NCBI GenBank assembly: GCA_964449245.1
Contig: CAYUXY010000003.1
Location: forward strand, 13,222-77,221
Length of the DNA stretch: 64,000 nucleotides
From: an uncultured Candidatus Saccharibacteria bacterium
Lineage (GTDB): Bacteria > Patescibacteriota > Minisyncoccia > UBA6257 > GWB1-50-10
Direction: 5' to 3'
Position numbers and translations under genes: made by a program. Of this stretch, positions 10,689-20,348 are shown one piece after another. The notes below the pieces were generated by a model that did no database searches, was not told the origin of the DNA, and saw only the letters and a list, made by a program, of their open reading frames with translations. The first letter of the stretch is position 1. Every line of letters begins with the position of its first letter.

Positions 10689-13127
10689 TCAGGATTTTCC
10701 CGATATAGAAAGTATTGTTTTTATTACGGTATCCGGATTTAAAGAGATGCTTTCTATGCCGGCATCAATTAAAAATTTTGCGAAATCAGGATAGTCGGAC
10801 GGCGCCTGTCCGCAAATGCCCACGTATTTCCTTTTTTTCGCGCATTTCTTTATTATTTCAGCAATAAATTTCTTTACGGCCTCATTTCGTTCATTCGCAA
10901 TTCCAGCCACAGAACTGGAGTCGCGGTCAATGCCAAGCACTAACTGTGTCAAATCATTCGAACCTATGGACATTCCATCAAATATTTTTAGAAATTCATC
11001 CGCAAGCAATACATTTGACGGAATCTCACACATAACATAAATTTTTAATTTTTTATCGTGTTTTCTGTCGAGTCCTTCATTCGCCATTATTTTTATCACT
11101 TTTTCTCCCTCTTCAGGAGTTCTGCAAAAAGGAATCATAGGAACTACGTTTTTCAATCCTATCTCTTCTCTTACCTTCTTAATTGCCGCGCATTCTAACC
11201 CAAACGCTTCTTTAAAATCTTCTGAATAATATCTCGATGCGCCTCTCCAGCCCAACATAGGATTTTCTTCGATTGGCTCGTATAAGTTACCTCCGAGTAG
11301 CGTTCTGTATTCATTCGTCTTAAAGTCTGAAAATCGTATGATGACATCGTTTGGCCAAAAAGCGGTGGATATCTTTGCAATCCCTCCGGCAAGTTCATCT
11401 ATATAAAATTGCTTCTTGTCGGAATATCCTGCGGAAATTTTATCTATCTCGCTTACAATTTTAATCAATTCCGTTTTTTCTTTTATATCTTTTATATGCG
11501 CTGCTCTGTGTTTTAATTCGTCATATTTTATAAGAGCATTCGGGTGAGCCTTTATCGACGACGCAATGATAAATTCGAGTCTGCCCAATCCTACGCCTTT
11601 TACCGGAAGTCTGTGGTGCATAAAAGCCTCATCCGGAGATCCGATGTTGACCATAATCTTCGTTTTCAGATTAGGAATTCTGTTCAGTTTCTTTTCATCA
11701 ATCGAAATTTCGAGTTTACCTTCGAATATTTTCCCGACCTCACCCGAAGAGCAATCCACGGTTACATTCTCCCCATTTTTTATTTTTCTTGTCGCATCTT
11801 TCGCGCCCACAACACACGGAATACCGAGTTCGCGCGATACTATCGCCGCATGCGATGTCCGTCCTCCTTTTTCAGTAACGATTGCGGAAGCAATTTTCAT
11901 AATCGGTTCCCAATCCGGATTTGTAATCTCCGTTATCAAAACTTCTCCTTTTTTAAAACTATGTATTCCTCCAACGTCTTTTATAATTCTTGCCGGACCG
12001 GCTCCGGCTTTTGCCCCAACGGCTATTCCTCTTACTAATTCTTTTCCTCCTTTTTCCACACTATACGTTCTTAAAATATTTTTATCGGACGTCGTAAAAA
12101 CCGTCTCCGGACGAGCCTGCACTATAAAAAGTTCTCCTGTTTTCCCGTCTTTTGCCCACTCAATATCCATCGGCTGATTTCTTTTATGTTTAGCGGAAAA
12201 GTGTTTTTCTATTTCAACACACCATTTTGCAAGTTTTATAACCTCTTCTTCATTTAAAGAAAACTTTTCTTTCTCGCGTTCTGAAACATTGACTTGTTTG
12301 GTACCGCCAAATTTTCGATAAACGAGTTTTATATTTTTATGTCCGAGTTTCTTTGAAAGAATGGCATTATATCCCTCATTAAGAGACGGTTTAAAAACTA
12401 AAAATTCATCCGGAATAACCTTGCCTTGCACGATAAATTCCCCAAGGCCATATATGCTGTTTATGACGACCACATTATCAAATCCCGATTCAGTATCTAT
12501 CGTAAACGCAACTCCGCTCGAAGACGTATCAGACCTCACCATTTTTTGCACACCGACAGACAAAGCTATTTCGGTATGGGCAAACCCTTTATCAACCCTG
12601 TATGAGATTGCCCTGTCCGTGAACAATGATGCTATACACCTTCGCACGGCTTCTTTTATATATTGCGCTCCGGAAACATTCAAAAAAGTTTCCTGCTGTC
12701 CCGCGAAGGAAGCGTCCGGAAGATCTTCTGCCGTTGCGGAAGAACGTACGGCCGTATCAACTCCTTTTCCATATTTTTTCTCCATTTCCTTATACGCAGA
12801 AGATATAGCATTTTCTATTTCTTTAGGCATTCTGGTGCGCAAAATCATATGCCTGATAAGCCGGCCTCTTTTTTGCAAATCTGTAAGGTTATGTGTATCA
12901 AGCCCTTTTAAAACTTTTTTTATTTCTTTATCAAGCCCTGTTTTTTCAAAAAAATAATTATATGCGTCAGCGGTAACGGCAAATCCGCCTGGAACCTGAA
13001 TTCCTTTCGGAGTTAATTTTCTGTACATTTCGCCCAACGCAGCATTTTTGCCTCCAACAATATGAACATCTTCAATCCCTATTTCATTGAAGTCTAAAAT
13101 AAAATTTTCTTTGTTTTTTTTCTTCAT
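10689..13127 (-). CDS. ppsA: Phosphoenolpyruvate synthase
   Basis: VGGKNAALGEM, VRSSATAED, GGRTSHAAI (phospho-His) and SIGSNDLTQL motifs. Confidence 0.97.
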   Translation of the reverse strand: MKKKNKENFILDFNEIGIEDVHIVGGKNAALGEMYRKLTPKGIQVPGGFAVTADAYNYFFEKTGLDKEIKKVLKGLDTHNLTDLQKRGRLIRHMILRTRMPKEIENAISSAYKEMEKKYGKGVDTAVRSSATAEDLPDASFAGQQETFLNVSGAQYIKEAVRRCIASLFTDRAISYRVDKGFAHTEIALSVGVQKMVRSDTSSSGVAFTIDTESGFDNVVVINSIYGLGEFIVQGKVIPDEFLVFKPSLNEGYNAILSKKLGHKNIKLVYRKFGGTKQVNVSEREKEKFSLNEEEVIKLAKWCVEIEKHFSAKHKRNQPMDIEWAKDGKTGELFIVQARPETVFTTSDKNILRTYSVEKGGKELVRGIAVGAKAGAGPARIIKDVGGIHSFKKGEVLITEITNPDWEPIMKIASAIVTEKGGRTSHAAIVSRELGIPCVVGAKDATRKIKNGENVTVDCSSGEVGKIFEGKLEISIDEKKLNRIPNLKTKIMVNIGSPDEAFMHHRLPVKGVGLGRLEFIIASSIKAHPNALIKYDELKHRAAHIKDIKEKTELIKIVSEIDKISAGYSDKKQFYIDELAGGIAKISTAFWPNDVIIRFSDFKTNEYRTLLGGNLYEPIEENPMLGWRGASRYYSEDFKEAFGLECAAIKKVREEIGLKNVVPMIPFCRTPEEGEKVIKIMANEGLDRKHDKKLKIYVMCEIPSNVLLADEFLKIFDGMSIGSNDLTQLVLGIDRDSSSVAGIANERNEAVKKFIAEIIKKCAKKRKYVGICGQAPSDYPDFAKFLIDAGIESISLNPDTVIKTILSISGKS

Positions 13128-14419
13128 TTTTGAAATCGAATTCCCAAAACAATATCCGAAACATTGGATCCGGTTATTCCGGTTTTTATGTAGTCTCCTG
13201 TTTTTTGGAAAAATTCAAACGAATTATTTTCGTTTAGGTAAGTCCAGACATCGAGACCTAATTTTTCCGCGTGTTCCTTTGATATTATATCACAAATACC
13301 GCCGGCAACTTCGGAATTATCTATTCCATCTGAAGCAAGGGCTATTACCATATCATTATCTTCTGCAAATCGGAGTGACGACAAAGCTATTTCCTGATTT
13401 CTGCCTCCATTACCACCGCCTTTTACTATAACAGTGCTTTCTCCGCCATATAATAAAAATGTATTCGCATCTTCGTATTTTAACGCGCTTATTATTCCGG
13501 CGCCGACATGACGCGCGTGTCCTGAAAATTTATTTGTTTTTATTTTTGCCGAAAATCCCATCGATTCAGCCTTCGACTGCATCGCTTCAAGAGCCACTGA
13601 ATTTGAAACTATTATATTGTTCGTAACGTTTTCGAAAAACTTTTTGTCTTTTGGAGTTTCAATTAATCCTTTTTCGATAAACGGGCATTCTTTTTCTATG
13701 CAAAATTCTTTTATCACATCCATTGCGTCCGATATCGTTGTCGTATCAAGGACAGTCGGGCCTGAAGCCACAAAACCGACGTCGTATCCGGGCACATCGG
13801 AAAATATTAATGACACTACTTGCGCTGGATATGCTTGTTTTGCAAGATATCCGCCTTTTGCGAGAGAAAGATGCTTTCTGACCGTATTTACCTTATCTAT
13901 TGGCGCGCCAGCGCGGAAGAGCGCGTCAACCACCTGCTTTTCTTCGGTAAAAGACAGGGAATCAGGCTGACACAATAAAGACGACCCTCCTCCGGATATA
14001 ATTGTTATGACAATGTCACTCTCATTCATTTGAGAAAGCATATCCATCATTGACTTTGTGGCTAATATGTTTCTCTCGGAAGGAAATGGGTGGTCTCCTG
14101 TAAAAACTTTTATTTTATCGTTTTTAACGCTTCCTTCTTGCACATCTATGACAATTCCCTTAAACAGGATGTCTCCCATTATTGAATTTATTTCTTGCGC
14201 TGCTTCTAAACCGCATTTTCCCACGCTTACTAAAAATATTCGCGTATCAGGCCTAACTATCACTTCCCTTCCGGCAAGAGCCAATCTATTGCCGAATCTT
14301 TGAACTGACTTTTGTATGGCAATTTTTGTATCAATCGCTTCCAGTCCGGCATTTAAAATTTCAAGCGCTGTTTTTCTTTCTTTTGATACCGCGATTGCAT
14401 CAAAATTTTTTATTTTCAT
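13124..14419 (-). CDS. Glycerate 2-kinase (DUF4147/MOFRL family)
   Basis: GDHPFP, ISGGGSSL, SDVPG..VASGPT, GGESTV, GGRNQE and TGSNVSD motifs. Confidence 0.9.
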   Translation of the reverse strand: MKIKNFDAIAVSKERKTALEILNAGLEAIDTKIAIQKSVQRFGNRLALAGREVIVRPDTRIFLVSVGKCGLEAAQEINSIMGDILFKGIVIDVQEGSVKNDKIKVFTGDHPFPSERNILATKSMMDMLSQMNESDIVITIISGGGSSLLCQPDSLSFTEEKQVVDALFRAGAPIDKVNTVRKHLSLAKGGYLAKQAYPAQVVSLIFSDVPGYDVGFVASGPTVLDTTTISDAMDVIKEFCIEKECPFIEKGLIETPKDKKFFENVTNNIIVSNSVALEAMQSKAESMGFSAKIKTNKFSGHARHVGAGIISALKYEDANTFLLYGGESTVIVKGGGNGGRNQEIALSSLRFAEDNDMVIALASDGIDNSEVAGGICDIISKEHAEKLGLDVWTYLNENNSFEFFQKTGDYIKTGITGSNVSDIVLGIRFQK

Positions 14420-14429
14420 ATTTATATTT

Positions 14430-14813
14430 TTATTTCGGAAGAACGCATCCGGTCTCTGCGGATAGCTTTTCTAAAGGCTGTTCTCCGACAAGCTCAGTGC
14501 CGTCTGCCAAGGTCCACGTTGGATATGCATAAATATTTTTTGCAATACACGCACCAATATTTTCCGTACATTCGACGTAATTAATTTTTTTAAATGCGCC
14601 TCCAAACGCAAGTTTTTGGTTTTGACAATGCGAGCATGATTCAGTTCCATACATTACAACGCCTTTTTCAGTTAGACATGCCGCGAACGCATCTAACTCT
14701 GGACTGCTTCTTTTTATTAATGGGTAGATGAAAAGCGCCGTGAGACAAACTACTACCGCAACGATAATGATTATTGGCAAAATATTTCTCTTCATAATTA
14801 TTCTTTGCAACAA
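14430..14813 (-). CDS. Membrane-anchored thioredoxin-like protein
   Basis: FAACL...MYG..CSHC..QK..FG...YVEC...YPTW pattern after an N-terminal TM helix. Confidence 0.8.
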   Translation of the reverse strand: MLQRIIMKRNILPIIIIVAVVVCLTALFIYPLIKRSSPELDAFAACLTEKGVVMYGTESCSHCQNQKLAFGGAFKKINYVECTENIGACIAKNIYAYPTWTLADGTELVGEQPLEKLSAETGCVLPK

Positions 14814-15307
14814 TCAATCAGCTTTTCCATTATATCTTCCGTTGTCCATTCTTTATTGTCATTTTTTGACACGTCCTCATCCTTTATATCCGAAACATCC
14901 GCAAGCTTTAATCGGATTGCCCAAAACATAGAATAAATTTTGTAAGCCTTCTCAAACATTTCTTCGGCATCTTTTTTCTCACCGGCGGACTGGAGCTTCG
15001 TTCCAACCTCAATCATCCTCATTGACGCCGCAAGAAAGTGCTTCGAGATACACCATGTTTCTCCTTCATTTACAGGAATCATTTTCGCCAATAATTCTTT
15101 CCGCAATTCTCTCGTTTCATTCAAAATCGAAAGATACTCCTTGTCTTTTGTTTTTGATGCAGTGAAGAAAAGATGCTCTTCTATACTAATAAGATTCATA
15201 ACGGCAAGACTTAAATCCTCTTCTTTTGAAAGATCAAATGTGCCCGATTGTCTCAATTCTTCTGACTTTTTAATTAACGCCTCAAATTTATTTTTATCAA
15301 AATTCAT
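14798..15307 (-). CDS. Conserved hypothetical protein with C-terminal CC motif
   Basis: Helical 169-aa ORF with WCISKH and DCCKE; overlaps the downstream thioredoxin-like gene. Confidence 0.65.
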   Translation of the reverse strand: MNFDKNKFEALIKKSEELRQSGTFDLSKEEDLSLAVMNLISIEEHLFFTASKTKDKEYLSILNETRELRKELLAKMIPVNEGETWCISKHFLAASMRMIEVGTKLQSAGEKKDAEEMFEKAYKIYSMFWAIRLKLADVSDIKDEDVSKNDNKEWTTEDIMEKLIDCCKE

Positions 15308-15334
15308 ATTGTTATATTACATTTCATTTAAAGA

Positions 15335-16135
15335 TTATAAAAGCATTATAAGTATACCAAGAATGACCATCGCTACTCCACCAAACAATCTGCCTTGTAT
15401 ATTTTTACTCTTCCAACCCTCTACTTTTTGAAGTAAAACTTTATTGCTCACAATCGCAAGAATCGTAATGAGAGGAATTATAAACACAAAGTTATACCAC
15501 AAAAGATACCCAAATCCGCTGAAAAATGTCTTGGTGTCGTGCAACAATCCCAATATCATTAAATATGGCCCTCCGGTACACGGAAATTCCCACATTCCAA
15601 CGAGAACACCGAGCAACAATCCTGACGGAACAGAAGCTTTTTTTACAACAACGGCTATGTTTTTATGTGTCGATTGCGGAATACCGAGACGGATTGGAAA
15701 TTCCGGAAAAAAGTGATTTAAAAGACTTATTGCGCCGGAAACAATCAACACCGATCCTCCTATTTTTGCAACAAAATGAGGCACGTTGAAAAAGTGTAAA
15801 GTCTGCAAAATTCCAAGACCTATCAAAACATATACCACAAATACGCCTGCAACATACGCCCCTCCTGTTAGAATGATATTTTTTCTTGTTCGGCCAAGGC
15901 TGAAAAGAAATGCCATAGTAAGAAAAAGTATCGAAAAAGCGCACGGGTTTACGCTATCTATGAGAGCCGCCACCGTAACAAGTGGAAATAAAAAAGTGCC
16001 TTTTTGTAAATTTCTCAAGACGCCTGCGCCAATTTCTGAGTTTTTAAAAAAAACCGCAAATAGACAAAATACTATTATTGCTATAGCAATCAGGATAAAA
16101 TAAACCGCGTCTTTTGTTTTCCTATTGTCGTTCAT
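15335..16135 (-). CDS. CcdA/DsbD-like (cytochrome c biogenesis-type) membrane protein
   Basis: DSVNPCAF and EFPCTGGPY cysteine pair; several TM helices. Confidence 0.8.
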   Translation of the reverse strand: MNDNRKTKDAVYFILIAIAIIVFCLFAVFFKNSEIGAGVLRNLQKGTFLFPLVTVAALIDSVNPCAFSILFLTMAFLFSLGRTRKNIILTGGAYVAGVFVVYVLIGLGILQTLHFFNVPHFVAKIGGSVLIVSGAISLLNHFFPEFPIRLGIPQSTHKNIAVVVKKASVPSGLLLGVLVGMWEFPCTGGPYLMILGLLHDTKTFFSGFGYLLWYNFVFIIPLITILAIVSNKVLLQKVEGWKSKNIQGRLFGGVAMVILGILIMLL

Positions 16136-17034
16136 ATATTTATTCCTGAAATAAAAAGTTTATTAAAAACAGAGCCCACATCCTGCTTTTCATCCATTAT
16201 TTTTTCAATTGCAGATAGTATTCTAAATTTTTTTGTTTTATTTCCGAGCATAGCAAACACTGACGGAGCAGATATCACTCCCTCCGTCTGTTCATCAAAT
16301 TTTCCATCTTCGAGAACATCTTCTCCCGCCAATCTGTTTCTTGAATATTTGCTAAACCCGCACGTCGCTAAATCACCAAGTCCGGCTATTCCGAACGACG
16401 TTTCTTTTTTACCGCCGAATATTTTTACAATATTCGGAATTTCAGCCATAGATTGAGTTAAAAGCCACCCTTTTGCGTTCCCGCTCCATTGAAGACCATC
16501 TGCTATTCCGAATGCGAGAGAATAAACATTTTTTAACACACCGCTTACGGACACTCCGTGAATATCGCCGTTTAACGCGAGGCTTACCGACGTACCGGAA
16601 AATAAATCGGATATTTCGTGAAAAAACTTTTTGTCATATACTCCCAAAACTCCCGCGCCAAAAAGTCCTTGTTCAAGTTCTTCTGCAAGCATAGGGCCAC
16701 CCAGTATTCCTATGTGCTTTTTATTAAAAAATTCTTTTAATATTTCGTCCGGAAATTTCTTCGTTTCTCTTTCTATTCCCTTCGAAAGAGAAACTATTCC
16801 GGTATTTTGTCCAACATATTTTGAAATATCTTTGCAAACTTCTCTTAATGCCGATGACGGCGTACATAAAAATATAATATCAGCTGAACGCGCCAAAGTT
16901 TCAAAATTTTCCGTATTTTGGTTTTTTTTCGGATCTTTATCCCAAAGAGATACATTATATCCTTTGTTTTTTAAGACGCCGGCAATAGCGCTTCCGATTC
17001 GACCGGCTCCTATTATAGTTACTCGCTTACTCAT
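16132..17034 (-). CDS. gpsA: NAD(P)H-dependent glycerol-3-phosphate dehydrogenase
   Basis: IIGAGRIG, LSKGIE, GVLKNV, GLGDL and SRNR motifs; start 17034 lies 6 nt after TATAAT. Confidence 0.9.
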   Translation of the reverse strand: MSKRVTIIGAGRIGSAIAGVLKNKGYNVSLWDKDPKKNQNTENFETLARSADIIFLCTPSSALREVCKDISKYVGQNTGIVSLSKGIERETKKFPDEILKEFFNKKHIGILGGPMLAEELEQGLFGAGVLGVYDKKFFHEISDLFSGTSVSLALNGDIHGVSVSGVLKNVYSLAFGIADGLQWSGNAKGWLLTQSMAEIPNIVKIFGGKKETSFGIAGLGDLATCGFSKYSRNRLAGEDVLEDGKFDEQTEGVISAPSVFAMLGNKTKKFRILSAIEKIMDEKQDVGSVFNKLFISGINI

Positions 17035-17041
17035 AGAGAAA

Positions 17042-18094
17042 TTATATAACACTATCCGCCGCACGGAAAATTCTATCCATTATCGCCTCCGCAATGCCAC
17101 TCCCTGAAATGCCCTCGCAAATTATTTCATTGAGATTGAACGTATCGGCCGCACGGAAAGAGCCGAAGAGATTTTTCGCTATTTCCTTCAGATTGCTTTC
17201 TAATCCGAGTAAAATAACCGCGTCTGCGTCCACAAAAATATTTTTATTCGCGAGCGTCGTAATAACACAAACGCTTTTGTTTTTTATTTTAAACTCTTTT
17301 ATGGCTTTCTTTATTTTTTTTGCTCTAATTGCCTGCGTTTTACCAGTTACGAGAGTCATTCTCGTTTTTGGCGCGTAGTGTTTGTATTTTTGACCCGGAG
17401 ATTTAGGAACTGAATTTTTTCTTTTTTCATTAACAGCATCTTCCGGCATAGTTCCCGTAATTTTTAATATATCGAGTTTTGTAATCGCACCAAAACGCAA
17501 AACTACAGGCTTTGTTCCGGTACAATCGACTACAGTAGATTCCACTCCTATTTTTGATTTGCCTCCATCTATAATGAACGGGATTTTTCCTTCAAAATCA
17601 TTCGCGACGTGTTCTGCCGTTGTTGAGCTCGGTCTCGTAGAAATATTCGCTGACGGAGCCGCTATCGGGCTTCCTGAAGCGCGAATAAGCGCCCGCGCTA
17701 TTTGAGAATTGGGCATACGCACACCCACAGTTTCCCCTCCTGCGGTAGCCGCGTACGAAATTTTTTTACTTTTTTTCAGTACAAGCGTAAGTGGCCCGGG
17801 CCAAAACTTTTTTATAAGTAGCTTCGCGTATTCCGGAACATTTTCCGCAACTTCTTTTAAATCTTCTCTGTCTCCTATATGGACTATGAGCGGATTATCT
17901 GCCGGCCTTCCTTTTGCCTTGAAAATCTTTTTTATCGCGAGAGTATTCGTAGCGTCGGCCCCTAATCCGTAAACCGTCTCTGTCGGAAACGCGACGATCT
18001 CGCCTTTTTTAATCAAATCGGCAGCACGTTTGATTTTGTTCTTTTCCGGCTTTTTTGGATTAACCTTTTCTATTATTGTTTTGAATTTTTGCAT
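17042..18094 (-). CDS. Threonylcarbamoyl-AMP synthase (Sua5/TsaC)
   Basis: VAFPTETVYGL, KGRPADNPLIVH, APSANIS and SPGQKYKHYAP; start MQKFK preferred over the track start. Confidence 0.93.
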   Translation of the reverse strand: MQKFKTIIEKVNPKKPEKNKIKRAADLIKKGEIVAFPTETVYGLGADATNTLAIKKIFKAKGRPADNPLIVHIGDREDLKEVAENVPEYAKLLIKKFWPGPLTLVLKKSKKISYAATAGGETVGVRMPNSQIARALIRASGSPIAAPSANISTRPSSTTAEHVANDFEGKIPFIIDGGKSKIGVESTVVDCTGTKPVVLRFGAITKLDILKITGTMPEDAVNEKRKNSVPKSPGQKYKHYAPKTRMTLVTGKTQAIRAKKIKKAIKEFKIKNKSVCVITTLANKNIFVDADAVILLGLESNLKEIAKNLFGSFRAADTFNLNEIICEGISGSGIAEAIMDRIFRAADSVI

Positions 18095-18104
18095 TCTTCT
18101 GTGC

Positions 18105-18178
18105 CTATATACGATATACAATATTCTATATTCCTTCTGTATTCCGCTCTAACAACTAAAAACTAATATCTAAAAACT
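18105..18178. repeat. Two degenerate 7-bp periodic repeat tracts
   Basis: ctatata-cgatata-caatatt-ctatatt (shared with 47905-47930) and ctctaac-aactaaa-aactaat-atctaaa (shared with 38054-38082). Confidence 0.7.
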
Positions 18179-18181
18179 GTA

Positions 18182-18253
18182 TCAAGCTATTTCTGCTTGG
18201 TAACACTGTTCGCAGTATACAATTTCCGGTCTCTCTGGAGCGTAGGATGTCTC
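18182..18253 (-). pseudogene. C-terminal remnant of a paralog of the 605-aa Cys-rich protein
   Basis: Translates ETSYAPERPEIVYCEQCYQAEIA*, against QTSYSPERKEIIYCEECYQREIA* at the end of the neighbouring gene. Confidence 0.85.
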
Positions 18254-18313
18254 TCCTCCTACGCCCCTCGATGAACTCGGAGCTACGGAAGGACTGCACA
18301 AGCGTGCTTGCGA
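18254..18313. repeat. Short GC-rich palindromic (REP-like) element
   Basis: tcctcctacgcccctcga-tgaa-ctcggagctacggaagga imperfect hairpin, then gcacaagcgtgc. Confidence 0.55.
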
Positions 18314-20131
18314 CTAAGCTATCTCTCTCTGGTAACACTCTTCACAGTATATAATTTCTTTTCTCTCTGGACTATAGCTTGTTTGGAATTCATTCGGACA
18401 GGGCCCATCTCCATGAGCGTGCGTTGTCGTATTCTTGTATGTATTTTGTTGTATTTTGTTAATAGTAGTAGTGCTGTCAATAGTTAATTCGTCGTTTGTT
18501 GATGCATTACCTCCGCACTGGCAAGAACGATGCCAGAGCTTCAGAGGATTCCGCTGTTTAAGACGCGACTGATGCCGACAATTTGGACACAAATGCGGGA
18601 TTGGCAACGCCATTGCGCGATGAAATTGTAATTCTTGCGGAGTGATTCTGAAGGCGCCTGTGCATCCGTCGTTACACTTCTTATCGTGTTCACAGCCAAT
18701 TATTTCTTTACAAATATTGTCTGTAACCTCATTTATTTTATTTGGAATTTTGTCATAGCTCATTGTAACTGCATATTCCATTTTATTTTCTTCTCGCCAA
18801 GTATGCCCGCCTTTTTTGGCATCGTCGCGAGACATTGGAAAATATTCGCGCGCAATACTTTCGTTATATGCAAACGGAGATATTTCTGACGGGAAAAATT
18901 CTCCATAAGAGTATTTTCTCCCAAGAGCATCTGCATATGGCTTTGATTGCATATCATTCATAATAATTTTCGACAACTTTTCATATTCTTCTTTCGTATA
19001 TTGCTTGTTTAAAATACAATATTCCTTTTTCTTTAAACTTATGCATCCAAAACAATTTGAACAAGACAAACACAATTCGCAATATGTTATATATTTTGAA
19101 AACCAGCTGGTAATACTGAACTTTTCCATATAATTTTGCTCAATGTTTGTGCTGTCATACACCAACTCGGAATTGTCTGCGAAATTGACATCGTAGCTTT
19201 CCTTAATATTTCCGCCAAACGCTCCGTATTTCAAATTTTCACTTTCACGCATAACAAAACAATGTTTGCAATTTTTTGTTTCAATAAGATCGTTTCCAGT
19301 TGAATCTTTTGATAAAACAATATGAGCAAAGCGTCGCGGAAAGTTGAGAGATAATAATTCGGCTTCTTTTTTTAATTTTTGAATCCCATCCCATGTATCC
19401 AATAAATAGTCCTTCTTTCTTTTTTCATATTCTTCTTTTGAATATTCATTATTCAAAATGACATATTTTTTATTTTGTATGTTAGTAGACCCAATACAAT
19501 TTGAGACATTGCGACAATTGAGTATAAAAAATGAATCCATTGAATTCTCCGTATCGCGCGAGAAAAATACATTTGCACATTTTGAAACCTGCACTCCATC
19601 ATATACGTGCTCGCAATCAACCGCTCCAAAACAATCAACCGAATCCTTGGTATTAAACGTTCTATATGCATGCGCGCAGTTTTCATTATCAGAGGAACCT
19701 ACTAAAAAGTAGCAGTCCTTCAAATTAATCGAATAGTTAACATAATTTGAATTAACATTATTCGTGGCGATAAGAGCGGGCCTTGGTACTTTATTCATTA
19801 GATCCTTATACTGCACAAAAAAGTTCTGATCCGATGAATAATCTGCGGAGTAATCTTGTGGATCCCACTTGTCAGAATACCAACAATCTCTGCAATACAC
19901 CGGAAAAGGAACGTCGTGCGAATACATGGAAATAATATCTGTGTTGCACAAATTGCATTTTCTTTTATAAAAATTCCTTTCGTTTCTAAAAGAAACCCTT
20001 CTCATAAATCTGCACGTCGGGCAAAACGTCGGCGGTGGAACATCAATTTTCTGATAAAAATCAAAGTCCTCCGCGTCTATTTGAAATGAGCTTTTACAGC
20101 TTTGGCAGGTCTTTGTTTCAGACTGATTCAT
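18314..20131 (-). CDS. Large Cys-rich (multi Zn-ribbon) hypothetical protein of a CPR-typical family
   Basis: CxxC motifs at N- and C-termini (TCQSC, CPTC, CPNC, CEEC) with a central beta-helix-like Cys repeat region. Confidence 0.8.
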   Translation of the reverse strand: MNQSETKTCQSCKSSFQIDAEDFDFYQKIDVPPPTFCPTCRFMRRVSFRNERNFYKRKCNLCNTDIISMYSHDVPFPVYCRDCWYSDKWDPQDYSADYSSDQNFFVQYKDLMNKVPRPALIATNNVNSNYVNYSINLKDCYFLVGSSDNENCAHAYRTFNTKDSVDCFGAVDCEHVYDGVQVSKCANVFFSRDTENSMDSFFILNCRNVSNCIGSTNIQNKKYVILNNEYSKEEYEKRKKDYLLDTWDGIQKLKKEAELLSLNFPRRFAHIVLSKDSTGNDLIETKNCKHCFVMRESENLKYGAFGGNIKESYDVNFADNSELVYDSTNIEQNYMEKFSITSWFSKYITYCELCLSCSNCFGCISLKKKEYCILNKQYTKEEYEKLSKIIMNDMQSKPYADALGRKYSYGEFFPSEISPFAYNESIAREYFPMSRDDAKKGGHTWREENKMEYAVTMSYDKIPNKINEVTDNICKEIIGCEHDKKCNDGCTGAFRITPQELQFHRAMALPIPHLCPNCRHQSRLKQRNPLKLWHRSCQCGGNASTNDELTIDSTTTINKIQQNTYKNTTTHAHGDGPCPNEFQTSYSPERKEIIYCEECYQREIA

Positions 20132-20137
20132 ATGTGT

Positions 20138-20251
20138 TTAGTATAACCAAAGCGGAGTCCCGCCCCAATGGGTGTTTTGGGGCGTGGGGTCGCTTTCAAT
20201 AGTGAAGGCTTGTTTACATGACTGACATTGTTTGGTTTCGTTCATAGACAT
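20138..20251 (-). pseudogene. N-terminal remnant of a paralog of the 605-aa Cys-rich protein, broken by a palindrome
   Basis: Translates MSMNETKQCQSCKQAFTIESD (against MNQSETKTCQSCKSSFQIDAED), then runs into a cgcccca...tggggcg hairpin and stops. Confidence 0.8.
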
Positions 20252-20310
20252 AATTTCTAATTACTTAATTTCGAATTTCGATTGAATGGATTAATGATTG
20301 AATTTCTGAA
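20252..20310. repeat. Degenerate ~8-bp periodic repeat, homologous to 47797-47885
   Basis: aatttctaattacttaattt..aatttcgattgaatggattaatgattgaattt. Confidence 0.7.
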
Positions 20311-20348
20311 TGCGTTTGTATATATCCTTAAATTTTGATTTTTGATAT

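Noticed and set aside
18156-18338. 60-aa ORF in the track
   Set aside because: It reads out of frame across the palindrome and the paralog remnant
18182-18385. Duplicated 3' end of the Cys-rich gene as a DGR template/variable repeat pair
   Set aside because: Mismatches are not adenine-specific (e.g. TCC/AGC, TGC/TGT, CCG/AAA) and no reverse transcriptase is present in the window
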